64,000 nt of DNA, taken from NCBI GenBank assembly GCA_045545055.1, contig JAZQAB010000087.1:8049-72048 (forward strand), written 5' to 3'. The notes beneath the pieces were generated by a model. The model was not told the origin of the DNA, made no database searches, and saw only the letters and a list, made by a program, of their open reading frames with translations. The translations under genes and the position numbers were made by a program. The DNA comes from Clostridia bacterium (GTDB lineage Bacteria > Bacillota > Clostridia > UMGS1883). Positions 8,523 through 16,302 of this stretch are shown here, piece after piece (positions within the stretch are counted from its first letter, which is position 1; every line of letters begins with the position of its first letter).

Positions 8523-9884
8523 ATGACCTCAAAAATTGATTTTACCATACGTGAAATAATGCAGGCGGCAAAGGGAAGCTTTACAGGTGACTGCTCCCTT
8601 CTCGACGAAAAGATTACCACTACTGTAATTGACAGCCGCAAGAGCGTGCCGGGCAGCCTTTTTGTTGCTATCAAGGGCGAAAAAACAGACGGCTACAACT
8701 ATATCCCCTCCGCTGTGGAAAACGGAGCGTTGTGCGTTATTTCCGACAGGCCTTATGAGGGGTATCCCTGCGTTATCGTAAACGACCCCGTAAAAGCACT
8801 TCAGGATATTGCCTCGGCGTATCGTAAGAAGCTTAATATCACTGTTATAGGCATTACGGGCAGCGTAGGAAAAACCACTACCAAGGAAATCGTTGCCTCT
8901 GTGCTTGAAGAAAAGTACAAGGTTATTAAAACAGAAGGTAATTTCAATAACGGATTAGGGCTTCCTCTTACGGTTATGTCAATTAAATCCGATACTCAGG
9001 TTGCCGTTGTGGAAATGGGAATGAATCATTTTGGTGAAATGCGTGTGCTTTCACAGATTGCACGCCCTACAATGTGCATAATGACAAATATCGGTATATC
9101 GCACATAGAAAACCTTGGTTCGAGGGAAAATATTTTAAAGGCAAAAAGCGAAATTTTTGAATACATGAGTGCAACCTCAAGGTGCATATTAAACGGTGAC
9201 GATGATTTACTTAAAACCTTAGACAGACCAAACCGCTGTGACTACGGGTTCAATTCCAGCAATGATATTTATATTGAGTCGCTTTATGAACACGGCTTTG
9301 ACGGAACGGATTTTGAAGCGTGGGTTTTCGGTGAAAAATATAATTGCCATATAAATGTACCCGGCAGGCACGTTCTTTTTGCGGCAATGGCGGCAATGGC
9401 GGCAGGAAGCTGGCTCGGACTTACTCACAGTCAGATAGAAGCAGGTATTGAAAAGGCAAAGGCCATCAGCGGCAGAGTAAATGTAATTCGCACAGAGAAG
9501 TATACCTTGATTGATGACTGCTATAATGCGGCACCGCAGTCTATGATGAGCGGTATTGACCTTCTTGTAAAAAGTGACGGTTATCCCCGAAGCGTAGCGA
9601 TTTTCGGTGATATGGGAGAGCTTGGAGCGGAGGAAAGGTATCTTCACAAAAGTGTGGGCGAATACGCCGCAAAAAGCAAGGTGGGGCTTCTTATCGCAAT
9701 AGGCACTCTTGCAAAGGAAATATACGCAGGCTGCATTTCTCAGGGAGGAACTGCAATGTGGTTTGCCACAAAGGAGGAGTTTCTTTCCGAGGCGGAAAGC
9801 ATACTAAAAGAGGGAGATGCAATTCTGATAAAAGCATCACACTTTATGGATTTTCCCAAGATAGTGGAAGCACTGAATAAATAG
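8523..9884 (+). CDS. murF: UDP-N-acetylmuramoyl-tripeptide--D-alanyl-D-alanine ligase
   Basis: 453-aa Mur ligase with P-loop GITGSVGKTTTKE. Directly follows ddl. Confidence 0.9.
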   Translation: MTSKIDFTIREIMQAAKGSFTGDCSLLDEKITTTVIDSRKSVPGSLFVAIKGEKTDGYNYIPSAVENGALCVISDRPYEGYPCVIVNDPVKALQDIASAYRKKLNITVIGITGSVGKTTTKEIVASVLEEKYKVIKTEGNFNNGLGLPLTVMSIKSDTQVAVVEMGMNHFGEMRVLSQIARPTMCIMTNIGISHIENLGSRENILKAKSEIFEYMSATSRCILNGDDDLLKTLDRPNRCDYGFNSSNDIYIESLYEHGFDGTDFEAWVFGEKYNCHINVPGRHVLFAAMAAMAAGSWLGLTHSQIEAGIEKAKAISGRVNVIRTEKYTLIDDCYNAAPQSMMSGIDLLVKSDGYPRSVAIFGDMGELGAEERYLHKSVGEYAAKSKVGLLIAIGTLAKEIYAGCISQGGTAMWFATKEEFLSEAESILKEGDAILIKASHFMDFPKIVEALNK

Positions 9885-9918
9885 ATATTTGAAAAAAGCT
9901 GTTTATGCGGCTCTTTTT

Positions 9919-9955
9919 ACGGCTGTGCCTTTTGTCACAGCCGTTTTGTTGTTTT
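9919..9955 (+). terminator. Intrinsic terminator after murF
   Basis: ACGGCTGTG-CCTTTTGT-CACAGCCGT followed by TTTGTTGTTTT. Confidence 0.75.
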
Positions 9956-9970
9956 AGGGCGAAGAGAAAA

Positions 9971-10058
9971 TAGTGCAGAACGGACAAACTGAACCCCGAA
10001 GGGGCTTGCCCGAAGGCGTACGTGGGTACGTCGAGAGGTGAAGTTTGTTCGTAGCAAA
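9971..10058 (-). repeat. Repeat family D, copy 1 (candidate structured RNA on minus strand)
   Basis: TAGTGCAGAACGGACAAACTGAA...CGTACGTGGGTACGTCGAGAGGTGAAGTTTGTTCGTAGCAAA recurs at 57166-57239 with 3 substitutions. Copy 1 has one 14-nt insertion that adds a second CCCCGAAGGGG hairpin. Confidence 0.8.
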
Positions 10059-10074
10059 AAGGCATAAAAAAGAA

Positions 10075-10100
10075 GAACAATCGTAGTTATACGATTGTTC
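10075..10100 (-). terminator. Hairpin plus T-run on minus strand downstream of the nucleotidyltransferase gene
   Basis: GAACAATCGT-AGTTAT-ACGATTGTTC. On the minus strand it is followed by TTCTTTTTT. Confidence 0.5.
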
Positions 10101-10190
10101 AACAATAATATGTTATTCTATATTTTTGCACTGCTTATATTTTATAATTAGTTGCCTTTTTGCGGTCTGTGCATTTTATCATAGCCCTCA

Positions 10191-10928
10191 TTATTTATTC
10201 TCAAAAATCTTCTTTACTTCCTCGTAACTCTCCAGTGTTCCTATATCATAGCGATTGCCGGGGATTTTAAGAGCGTACACATCAGTCTTTTCGCACAGGT
10301 AGCATACAAAGCTACCGGGAGCATCCGTGCCGCAGCCGTCCTCAATCCCCTGTTTTATAAGATGAAGCTCGTCTTTTTTATAAATATAGAAAGGTCCTAC
10401 ACACCAGTTGCTCTTGGGTTCGGCGGGCTTTTCCTCCATTGAAACAACTCTGAAATTTTCATCGGGAACCATTACGCCGCATCTGCGGAGAGTGTTTACA
10501 TCTTCTTCGTAGTTGCACATAACAACTGCCGCATTTTTTTCCTTGAACAAATCCACAAATGATTTAAACGAGAAATCCAGCATATTGTCCCCTGCAACGA
10601 TTAAAAGATCGTCATCAAGACCGAGAGTGTCAATAGCAAGCTGAATATCCTTTACCGCACCCAGTCTTGTTTCGTTGGAAATTGAGCCGTCATCAATGAT
10701 TGTAACGGGATTTTTAAGAGTGCATGTTTTTTTCCAGTTTTCAAAATGATGAGCAAATTTGTGATTTGAGATGATGATATGCTCATCAATACCCTCGATT
10801 GAATCAATATCGTCCAAGAGCCAATCAAGGATGCTTTTTCCCGCAACCTCCAAAAGAGGCTTGGGGAAATTCTCCGTAAGGGGATAAAGTCTTGTTGCGT
10901 AACCTGCCGCCAGTACAATGCTTTTCAT
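10191..10928 (-). CDS. Sugar-phosphate nucleotidyltransferase family protein
   Basis: MKSIVLAAGYATRLYPLTENFPKPLL is the N-terminal signature of GlmU/RmlA-like nucleotidyltransferases. 245 aa. Confidence 0.7.
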   Translation of the reverse strand: MKSIVLAAGYATRLYPLTENFPKPLLEVAGKSILDWLLDDIDSIEGIDEHIIISNHKFAHHFENWKKTCTLKNPVTIIDDGSISNETRLGAVKDIQLAIDTLGLDDDLLIVAGDNMLDFSFKSFVDLFKEKNAAVVMCNYEEDVNTLRRCGVMVPDENFRVVSMEEKPAEPKSNWCVGPFYIYKKDELHLIKQGIEDGCGTDAPGSFVCYLCEKTDVYALKIPGNRYDIGTLESYEEVKKIFENK

Positions 10929-10943
10929 TTTTCTACCTTCCTT

Positions 10944-11621
10944 TTATATATTTTTTATTGTGTTAATTATTATTTCTGCTGATTTTGCCGCCGCTTCCTC
11001 GCGGAACTGTTCATAGCTCATTTCCTTATCACCGTTTGCACCGTCGGAAATGCTTCTTACCACACATACGGGCGTGCTGTTGACATGGCAAACATGGGCG
11101 ATTGCACCGCCCTCCATTTCGCACGCAACGGCATTAAAGGTTTGTGCAATTTCTTTTTTCTTTTCTTCATCGGCAACAAATACATCGCCGGAGGCAATGA
11201 TGCCACGGATATAATCACCGTCTATGTTTTCGCAGACCTTTTGTGAAAGGGCTTCATCGGCTTTAAATTCCACAACGTTTATTCCCGAAATCATACCCTT
11301 TGGGTCACCGAAATATGTAGTATCCATATCGTGCTGAACAAGCCCCGATGCCACCACAATCCCCATAATTCCTATTTTATCGGTAAGCGTCCCTGCAACT
11401 CCTGTGTTTATAATTGCATTGGCACCGTATTTTATAATCATGGTCTGTGCACAAATGGCGGCAAACACCTTTCCGATTCCGCAAATTGCCGTTACTACCT
11501 CGGTGCTTCCGATTTTTCCTACGGTATATAATGCACCGCTGACGGTTTCCTCTCTTTTTTCCGTCATTTCAGCGTTAATACGCTCGATTTCAATATCCAT
11601 TGCTCCGATAATACCAATCAT
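10944..11621 (-). CDS. mtnN: 5'-methylthioadenosine/S-adenosylhomocysteine nucleosidase
   Basis: IGIIGAMDIEI...ACEMEGGAIAHV pattern of Pfs/MtnN. Start trimmed to ATG 11621. Confidence 0.9.
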   Translation of the reverse strand: MIGIIGAMDIEIERINAEMTEKREETVSGALYTVGKIGSTEVVTAICGIGKVFAAICAQTMIIKYGANAIINTGVAGTLTDKIGIMGIVVASGLVQHDMDTTYFGDPKGMISGINVVEFKADEALSQKVCENIDGDYIRGIIASGDVFVADEEKKKEIAQTFNAVACEMEGGAIAHVCHVNSTPVCVVRSISDGANGDKEMSYEQFREEAAAKSAEIIINTIKNI

Positions 11622-11724
11622 TCTTAAAGCTCCTTTACTTTTCAAAGGGTGATTTTATCCTTTAATAGTCTCCACGGGGTATTTTGTTCACAACAATTGT
11701 GAGTAGCTTTGCGGAGTCGCAGGG

Positions 11725-11758
11725 ACTTTTGTTCTTTTGTAACCAAAAGAACAAAAGT
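11725..11758. other. Perfect 14-bp hairpin nested in a GGAGTCG/CGACTCC stem (luxS-mtnN spacer)
   Basis: ACTTTTGTTCTTTT-GTAACC-AAAAGAACAAAAGT. Outer arms are GGAGTCG (11713-11719) and CGACTCC (11769-11775). A competing local hairpin is GGGGTTTCGACTCCCC. Confidence 0.7.
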
Positions 11759-11835
11759 TTTGGGGTTTCGACTCCCCAAGCCCCTAAACCGCTGCCATTC
11801 GGCACCATGAAACACCCTTACCTAATCTTTTAAAT

Positions 11836-11896
11836 AGTAAATTTTGTTTTTGCGGATTTTAAACCTTTGTACCGCCGGCTCAAAATTCGCAAAAAC
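11836..11896. other. 15-bp inverted repeat with 31-nt loop (luxS-mtnN spacer)
   Basis: GTTTTTGCGGATTTT ... AAAATTCGCAAAAAC, complementary at 14 of 15 positions. The mismatch is a G-U wobble in a plus-strand transcript and an A-C mismatch in a minus-strand one. Confidence 0.65.
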
Positions 11897-11920
11897 GCAG
11901 CTTCAGTACTTGTTATGTAG

Positions 11921-11939
11921 GGGCGGATATTATCCGCCC
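11921..11939. repeat. GC-rich palindromic unit TGTAGGGGCGGATA-T-TATCCGCCC just downstream of the luxS stop
   Basis: GGGCGGATATTATCCGCCC is a 9-bp stem. It shares the TGTAGGG/GGGCGGA head with the elements at 16299 and 19849. Confidence 0.7.
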
Positions 11940-11950
11940 GCAGACGACTT

Positions 11951-12409
11951 TTAACAATACTTAAAATCGGGTGTATACCCATTTAACACATCAAGATATT
12001 TTCTGCATTCCGTCTTTGCGGCGGAAATGTCAAGATTTTTGTAGTTTCCGCACTCAATAGCGGAAGCACCGAAAACCTCTCCCTCGTGGTCAATTACTTT
12101 CTTGAGAGTTTCTTTCAAAACACAAAGAACTTCTTCGTTATCCGCATTTCTTACAAGAAGATAAAACCCCGTCTGACACCCCATGGGGCCAAAATATATA
12201 ATATCCTCCGCAAGTACAGAGCTTCTAATATATGTGGCAATCATATGCTCGACACTGTGCATGGTTATATTGTCCATATAATCCCCCATATTGGGCTTTC
12301 TTGTACGAAGGTCATAAGTGGTAATATCCCCGTCGGTACGGGAAACATAGATTCCGGGGCAGAGTTTATTGTGGTCTATTTTAAAGCTTTCAATTTTACT
12401 CGGTATCAT
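11951..12409 (-). CDS. luxS: S-ribosylhomocysteine lyase (LuxS)
   Basis: HSVEHMIATYIR (HxxEH metal site) and GPMGCQTGFYL are LuxS hallmarks. ATG 12409 lies behind AGGAGG. The longer track ORF runs into a repeat element. Confidence 0.93.
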   Translation of the reverse strand: MIPSKIESFKIDHNKLCPGIYVSRTDGDITTYDLRTRKPNMGDYMDNITMHSVEHMIATYIRSSVLAEDIIYFGPMGCQTGFYLLVRNADNEEVLCVLKETLKKVIDHEGEVFGASAIECGNYKNLDISAAKTECRKYLDVLNGYTPDFKYC

Positions 12410-12455
12410 AAACTGCCTCCTTTGAAGAAAGTGAAAAGTAGATTTAAAAAAAGTG

Positions 12456-12515
12456 GATTTTTGCTTTGCAAAAATCTTCATTCATTTCGAATTTCGAACT
12501 TCGAATTTCGCATTT
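12456..12515 (+). repeat. Hairpin + heptad-repeat element, copy 1
   Basis: GATTTTTGC-TTT-GCAAAAATC (12456-12476), spacer TTCATT, then CATTTCG AATTTCG AACTTCG AATTTCG CATTT (12483-12515). On the minus strand the hairpin is followed by TTTTTTT. Confidence 0.85.
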
Positions 12516-12540
12516 AAATACTGCACTTTTTTACATTTTC

Positions 12541-12762
12541 TTAAATTTTAAAATCCAGTGGGTCAAACATTGTAGTATCCAAGGTGCGAACTCTTGGGGT
12601 TCGGGGAGCAAAAGGGTTAAAAATATATTTTTTGCATATTCCGCCAAGCTTAAATTCGCCCTTTGCATATTTGCACGAATAATCCTCACCGTCTGTTACA
12701 AGGTTCTTACAGTAGCGGCAACAGTCGGACTCTTTAAATTTTCTTTTGTTGAATAATTTCAT
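12541..12762 (-). CDS. Cys-rich small protein (73 aa), unknown function
   Basis: MKLFNKRKFKESDCCRYCKNLVTDGEDYSCKYAKGEFKLGGICKKY... contains five Cys. The AGGTGA RBS overlaps the stop of the upstream gene (8-nt gap), implying co-translation. I recognise no family. Confidence 0.45.
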   Translation of the reverse strand: MKLFNKRKFKESDCCRYCKNLVTDGEDYSCKYAKGEFKLGGICKKYIFNPFAPRTPRVRTLDTTMFDPLDFKI

Positions 12763-12770
12763 AAAATCAC

Positions 12771-13463
12771 CTAATTCTGCATTCCGTTATAAGACACATC
12801 TGCCGCTTCCTTTTCCATGTTGCAGGAAAGTATGTAAAAGGGAACACTTCCCAAAAGCTTATCGGTAAGTGTAAGCACCTTTTCCATCTCGCTCATGTCT
12901 TCTGTACGCAAGGTTTGCGTCAGCACGGTGGAAATAGCCTCGTGGGGTGGTATTTTCCTTATTTCGTTCTTTTCGCCTCGTTGCAGTATGCAGATAGCCT
13001 TAATCGGTGCAACAATATTATGCCCGTAATTTTCCTTTCCCCTCCACGGAGTTCCGCAGACAAAGAATTTGTCGCCTCGTAGCCTTAAAATGGGCTTATC
13101 GCCGTTCACTACAACAAATCTGTCGCCGAATTTTTCATGCCACAGCTTTATATGGGTGGTTTTTCCGGTGCCGCTCAATGCGGTGAAGAGATACGCCTCC
13201 CCGTCTACGGCTACGGCGGCACAATGCATCAGCATCGCATCGTAATCAAGGATTTTCCGGCAGATAATTCTGTAAATTTCCAGACTTTCAAGGTAGCCGT
13301 CGGAAAAATCGGGATTTTCCTGAACAACTTTTTCCATAACCTTGTCCGGAACTTCCACGGTGAAATCCGCCTTGCCGTCATATTCAAACTCTTTGGCAAA
13401 GTCGTTGAAATAGCTATATTTATTTTTTACATCGATAACAATCCCGGCAATCTTAATTACCAT
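12771..13463 (-). CDS. HPr-kinase/PEPCK-like P-loop protein, uncharacterised
   Basis: 230 aa. HCAAVAVDGEAYLFTALSGTGKTTHIKLW...VVNGDKPIL...GTPWRGKE resembles the C-terminal catalytic domain of HprK-related kinases (GxSGxGKS/T P-loop after a beta-strand). Its AAGGAG RBS overlaps the lysA stop. Confidence 0.5.
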   Translation of the reverse strand: MVIKIAGIVIDVKNKYSYFNDFAKEFEYDGKADFTVEVPDKVMEKVVQENPDFSDGYLESLEIYRIICRKILDYDAMLMHCAAVAVDGEAYLFTALSGTGKTTHIKLWHEKFGDRFVVVNGDKPILRLRGDKFFVCGTPWRGKENYGHNIVAPIKAICILQRGEKNEIRKIPPHEAISTVLTQTLRTEDMSEMEKVLTLTDKLLGSVPFYILSCNMEKEAADVSYNGMQN

Positions 13464-13475
13464 GGCTTTTTCTCC

Positions 13476-14771
13476 TTAAATATCATTTTTTACAAGGTCG
13501 GCATAGGTTTCCCTCTTAACACCGATGCGGCTTTTTCCGTCCTTTAAAATAACAATGGGGGGACGGGGGATTCTGTTGTAATTTGATGCCATGGAATAAT
13601 TATATGCTCCCGTAGTCAATACGGCTATATAATCGCCCTTTTCGCAGTGCGGAAGATTAATATGCTCTGCAATTACGTCTCCGCTTTCACAGCACTTACC
13701 AACCACATCGCACGTAAAGTCTGCCTTTTCGCTTGCCTTGTTTGCCACAAGCACACTGTAAAGACTTCCATAAAGGGCAAATCTGGGGTTGTCCGACATA
13801 CCGCCGTCTACAGCTACATAGCTCTTATAGCCTTTAATTGTCCTTACGTTTCCTACACTGTAGAGCGTAATTCCGGCATCGGCAACTATGCTTCTGCCCG
13901 GCTCCATCATAATTCGGGGCATATTGATTTTTGCTTCAGCACATTTCTTTTTAATATGCTCGCTTACTTCCTTTATGCTCTCTCCGATATCGAAAACAGG
14001 GTCGTCCTCAACATAGCGTACACCGTAACCGCCGCCTAAATTCAGAACCTTTGCCTCGTAACCGAGCTTTTCCTTTACAAGCACAATAAAATCAATCATA
14101 ATGTCTGCACTGTCACAGAAAGACTTCCCGTCAAACACCTGACTTCCTACATGGCAATGGAAGCCCATAAGCTCAATATTGGGAAGCGAAAGGGCAAATT
14201 CTACCAATTCAATCGCCTGCCCCGTTTCAATGGGAACGCCGAATTTGGAATCCACCTGACCGGTTCTGACCGCTTCATAGGTGTGAGTATCAATTCCGGG
14301 GGTAAGACGCATAATAACCTTCTGAGTAATGCCTTTTTCCCCTGCAATACGGCTTATTGCCTGAAGCTCCTCGCGGCAGTCCGACATGAAACAGCCAAGA
14401 CCCAAATCCATTGCAAAAGCGATTTCTTCATCGGTTTTGTTGTTTCCGTGGAAGTATACGTTTTCCATAGGGAAGCCCGCTTCCTTTGCAGTATAAAGCT
14501 CTCCGCCCGAAACCGCATCAACGCTCATTCCCTCATCCTTCATGATTTTATACATTTCCTTGAAGCTCAGTGCTTTACTTGCATAGAGAGGAATACTTTC
14601 CTCCCCGAAATACTTTTTCATAGCGTCAATATATATTCTGCACTTTTCCCGAACACGCTGTTCGTCAAGCACATACAGAGGGGTTTTATATTCCTTTGCA
14701 AGCTCTACCGTATCCACCCCGGCAAAGGTAAGATGCCCCTTTTCGTTAATGTCTAAATTTGTGTGTAACAT
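13476..14771 (-). CDS. lysA: Diaminopimelate decarboxylase
   Basis: PLP-dependent Orn/DAP decarboxylase pattern (YASKALSF, GFHCHVGSQ, CESGD). Start set at ATG 14771 behind AGGAAGGA. Confidence 0.93.
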   Translation of the reverse strand: MLHTNLDINEKGHLTFAGVDTVELAKEYKTPLYVLDEQRVREKCRIYIDAMKKYFGEESIPLYASKALSFKEMYKIMKDEGMSVDAVSGGELYTAKEAGFPMENVYFHGNNKTDEEIAFAMDLGLGCFMSDCREELQAISRIAGEKGITQKVIMRLTPGIDTHTYEAVRTGQVDSKFGVPIETGQAIELVEFALSLPNIELMGFHCHVGSQVFDGKSFCDSADIMIDFIVLVKEKLGYEAKVLNLGGGYGVRYVEDDPVFDIGESIKEVSEHIKKKCAEAKINMPRIMMEPGRSIVADAGITLYSVGNVRTIKGYKSYVAVDGGMSDNPRFALYGSLYSVLVANKASEKADFTCDVVGKCCESGDVIAEHINLPHCEKGDYIAVLTTGAYNYSMASNYNRIPRPPIVILKDGKSRIGVKRETYADLVKNDI

Positions 14772-14904
14772 GCATATCAAGTCCTTCCTTAAAAACGGCA
14801 TACACCGCTATTATATAATTTTATACGTTTTCGTAAAAAAAGGCAATAGAAAAATTGAAAATGACATAAAAAACATTCATTTTTAATTGCCGCCAATTAA
14901 ACTG

Positions 14905-14934
14905 TTGACTAATTTATCCTAAGTATGGTATAAT
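14905..14934 (+). promoter_or_regulatory. Sigma-A-type promoter of yicC
   Basis: TTGACT (14905-14910), 18-nt spacer, TATAAT (14929-14934). Confidence 0.55.
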
Positions 14935-14986
14935 GTTTAATAATTATGGGGTGTTATACCCTGCTTGAAGAATGGAGAGTTTTCTT

Positions 14987-15865
14987 ATGATAAAGAGCAT
15001 GACAGGCTATGGAAGCGGAAAGGCTGAAATGGGAAATAAGACCTTCAGTGTTGAAATTAAATCTGTTAATTCAAGATACAGCGATTTCTCCATTAAAATG
15101 CCCAGAATATATACCTTCCTTGAGGATCCTATCCGTAAGGCAGCACAGGAAAAGATAAACCGAGGCAAGGTGGACATATATGTAAATGTAGAATCAAACG
15201 GAGAGGATGACAGTGTGGTTAAGGTAAACACTGCACTGGCAAAGGAATACCTGCAGGGGCTTCGGGCTCTTTCTTCAGAGCTTCAGATTGCAAGCAATAC
15301 CACGGCGGAAACCTTTCTGCGTATTCCCGATGTTTTTGTATTGGATAAAGCCCCCGAGGACGAGAATTTAATTAAGGAAGCCGTGCTTAAAGCACTTTCC
15401 GAGGCACTTGGGGAATTTGATGCCATGCGTATTGCCGAGGGCGAAAAGCTTGAAAGCGACCTTAAAGAGCACCTTGCTTTTATAACCGATGCTACGGCTA
15501 AGGTTGAGGAGCGTTCTCCCGAGATTGTTTCCGAGTACCGCCGGAGAATCGAAGAAAGAATGAAGGACATATTGGAGGGTGCTTCCTACGATGAAGCAAG
15601 GCTTCTTACCGAGGTTGCAATTTTTGCCGATAAGGTAAACGTGAACGAGGAAACCGTTCGCCTGAGAAGCCACGTGGATCAGTTTACCGCCATGCTGCAA
15701 GGCGGCGGCTGCGTGGGACGAAAGATAGACTTTCTGATTCAGGAAATGAACCGTGAAATTAATACAATCGGTTCAAAATCCAATGACCTTGACGTCGCAC
15801 GAATTGTGATTGATGTAAAGGCGGAAATTGAAAAGCTACGTGAACAGATACAAAACGTAGAGTAA
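14987..15865 (+). CDS. yicC: YicC/YloC-family stress-induced protein
   Basis: N-terminus MIKSMTGYG and C-terminal IDFLIQEMNREINTIGSK (DUF1732) are typical of YicC. Confidence 0.85.
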   Translation: MIKSMTGYGSGKAEMGNKTFSVEIKSVNSRYSDFSIKMPRIYTFLEDPIRKAAQEKINRGKVDIYVNVESNGEDDSVVKVNTALAKEYLQGLRALSSELQIASNTTAETFLRIPDVFVLDKAPEDENLIKEAVLKALSEALGEFDAMRIAEGEKLESDLKEHLAFITDATAKVEERSPEIVSEYRRRIEERMKDILEGASYDEARLLTEVAIFADKVNVNEETVRLRSHVDQFTAMLQGGGCVGRKIDFLIQEMNREINTIGSKSNDLDVARIVIDVKAEIEKLREQIQNVE

Positions 15866-15869
15866 ATTA

Positions 15870-16016
15870 AATGAGGAATGAGGAATGAGGAGTGCGGAGT
15901 GCGGAGTGCGGAATGCGGAATGCGGAATGCGAAATGCGGAATGCGAAATGATGGTGGAAATCCTGCGGATTTCTTCTTTAAGCCATTTCGAACTTCGAAC
16001 TTTAAATTTCGCATCT
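15870..16016 (+). repeat. Hairpin + heptad-repeat element, copy 2 (full palindromic form with 12-unit left array)
   Basis: Twelve contiguous 7-mers at 15870-15953: 3x AATGAGG, 3x AGTGCGG, 2x AATGCGG, AATGCGA, AATGCGG, AATGCGA, AATGATG. Hairpin GAAATCC-TGC-GGATTTC (15957-15973). Then CATTTCG AACTTCG AACTTTA AATTTCG CATCTC (15984-16016). Confidence 0.9.
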
Positions 16017-16035
16017 CAAAAAAGGGTTGTTTATT

Positions 16036-16302
16036 ATGAAATTAGTCAATATCGGATTCGGGAACTTGGTTTCCGATGAAAGAATAGTAAGCATTGTCCT
16101 TCCCGAAAGTGCCCCCGTAAAGAGAATTGCACAGGAGGCAAGGGAAAAAGGGATGCTCATTGATGCCACCTACGGCAGAAAAACAAAAAGCGTTATCGTA
16201 ACCGACAGCGAGCACGTTGTACTTTCAGCACTGACTCCCGAAGTAATCGCACAGAGGCACGGAAGCTACGTCCCTGCCAACGATGAACCCGAGAACGCGT
16301 AG
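16036..16302 (+). CDS. remA: RemA/DUF370 family regulator
   Basis: [10 protein letters not shown]...SAPVKR...[23 protein letters not shown] matches RemA (YlzA). Located between yicC and gmk as in B. subtilis. Confidence 0.85.
   Translation: MKLVNIGFGNLVSDERIVSIVLPESAPVKRIAQEAREKGMLIDATYGRKTKSVIVTDSEHVVLSALTPEVIAQRHGSYVPANDEPENA

Noticed and set aside
11761-11790. tRNA-like T-arm (TGGGGTTTCGACTCCCCA) in the luxS-mtnN spacer.
   Set aside because: The loop is 8 nt rather than 7. There is no matching acceptor stem or D-arm, and the would-be anticodon arm is a 14-bp hairpin. It is not a tRNA gene.
14802-14904. Lysine (L-box) riboswitch upstream of lysA, and also upstream of the ACT-hom-aspartate kinase operon at 32150-32293.
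   Set aside because: The leaders are about 100 nt or shorter after the predicted promoters. They are AT-rich and lack the multi-helix L-box core. This was not confirmed by a covariance-model scan.
15870-15953. Tandem repeat array considered as a possible CRISPR or minisatellite-encoded peptide (track ORF 15885-16079).
   Set aside because: The units are 7 nt and contiguous, with no spacers, and no cas genes are present. The ORF through it translates to low-complexity AECG/MRN repeats with no RBS.
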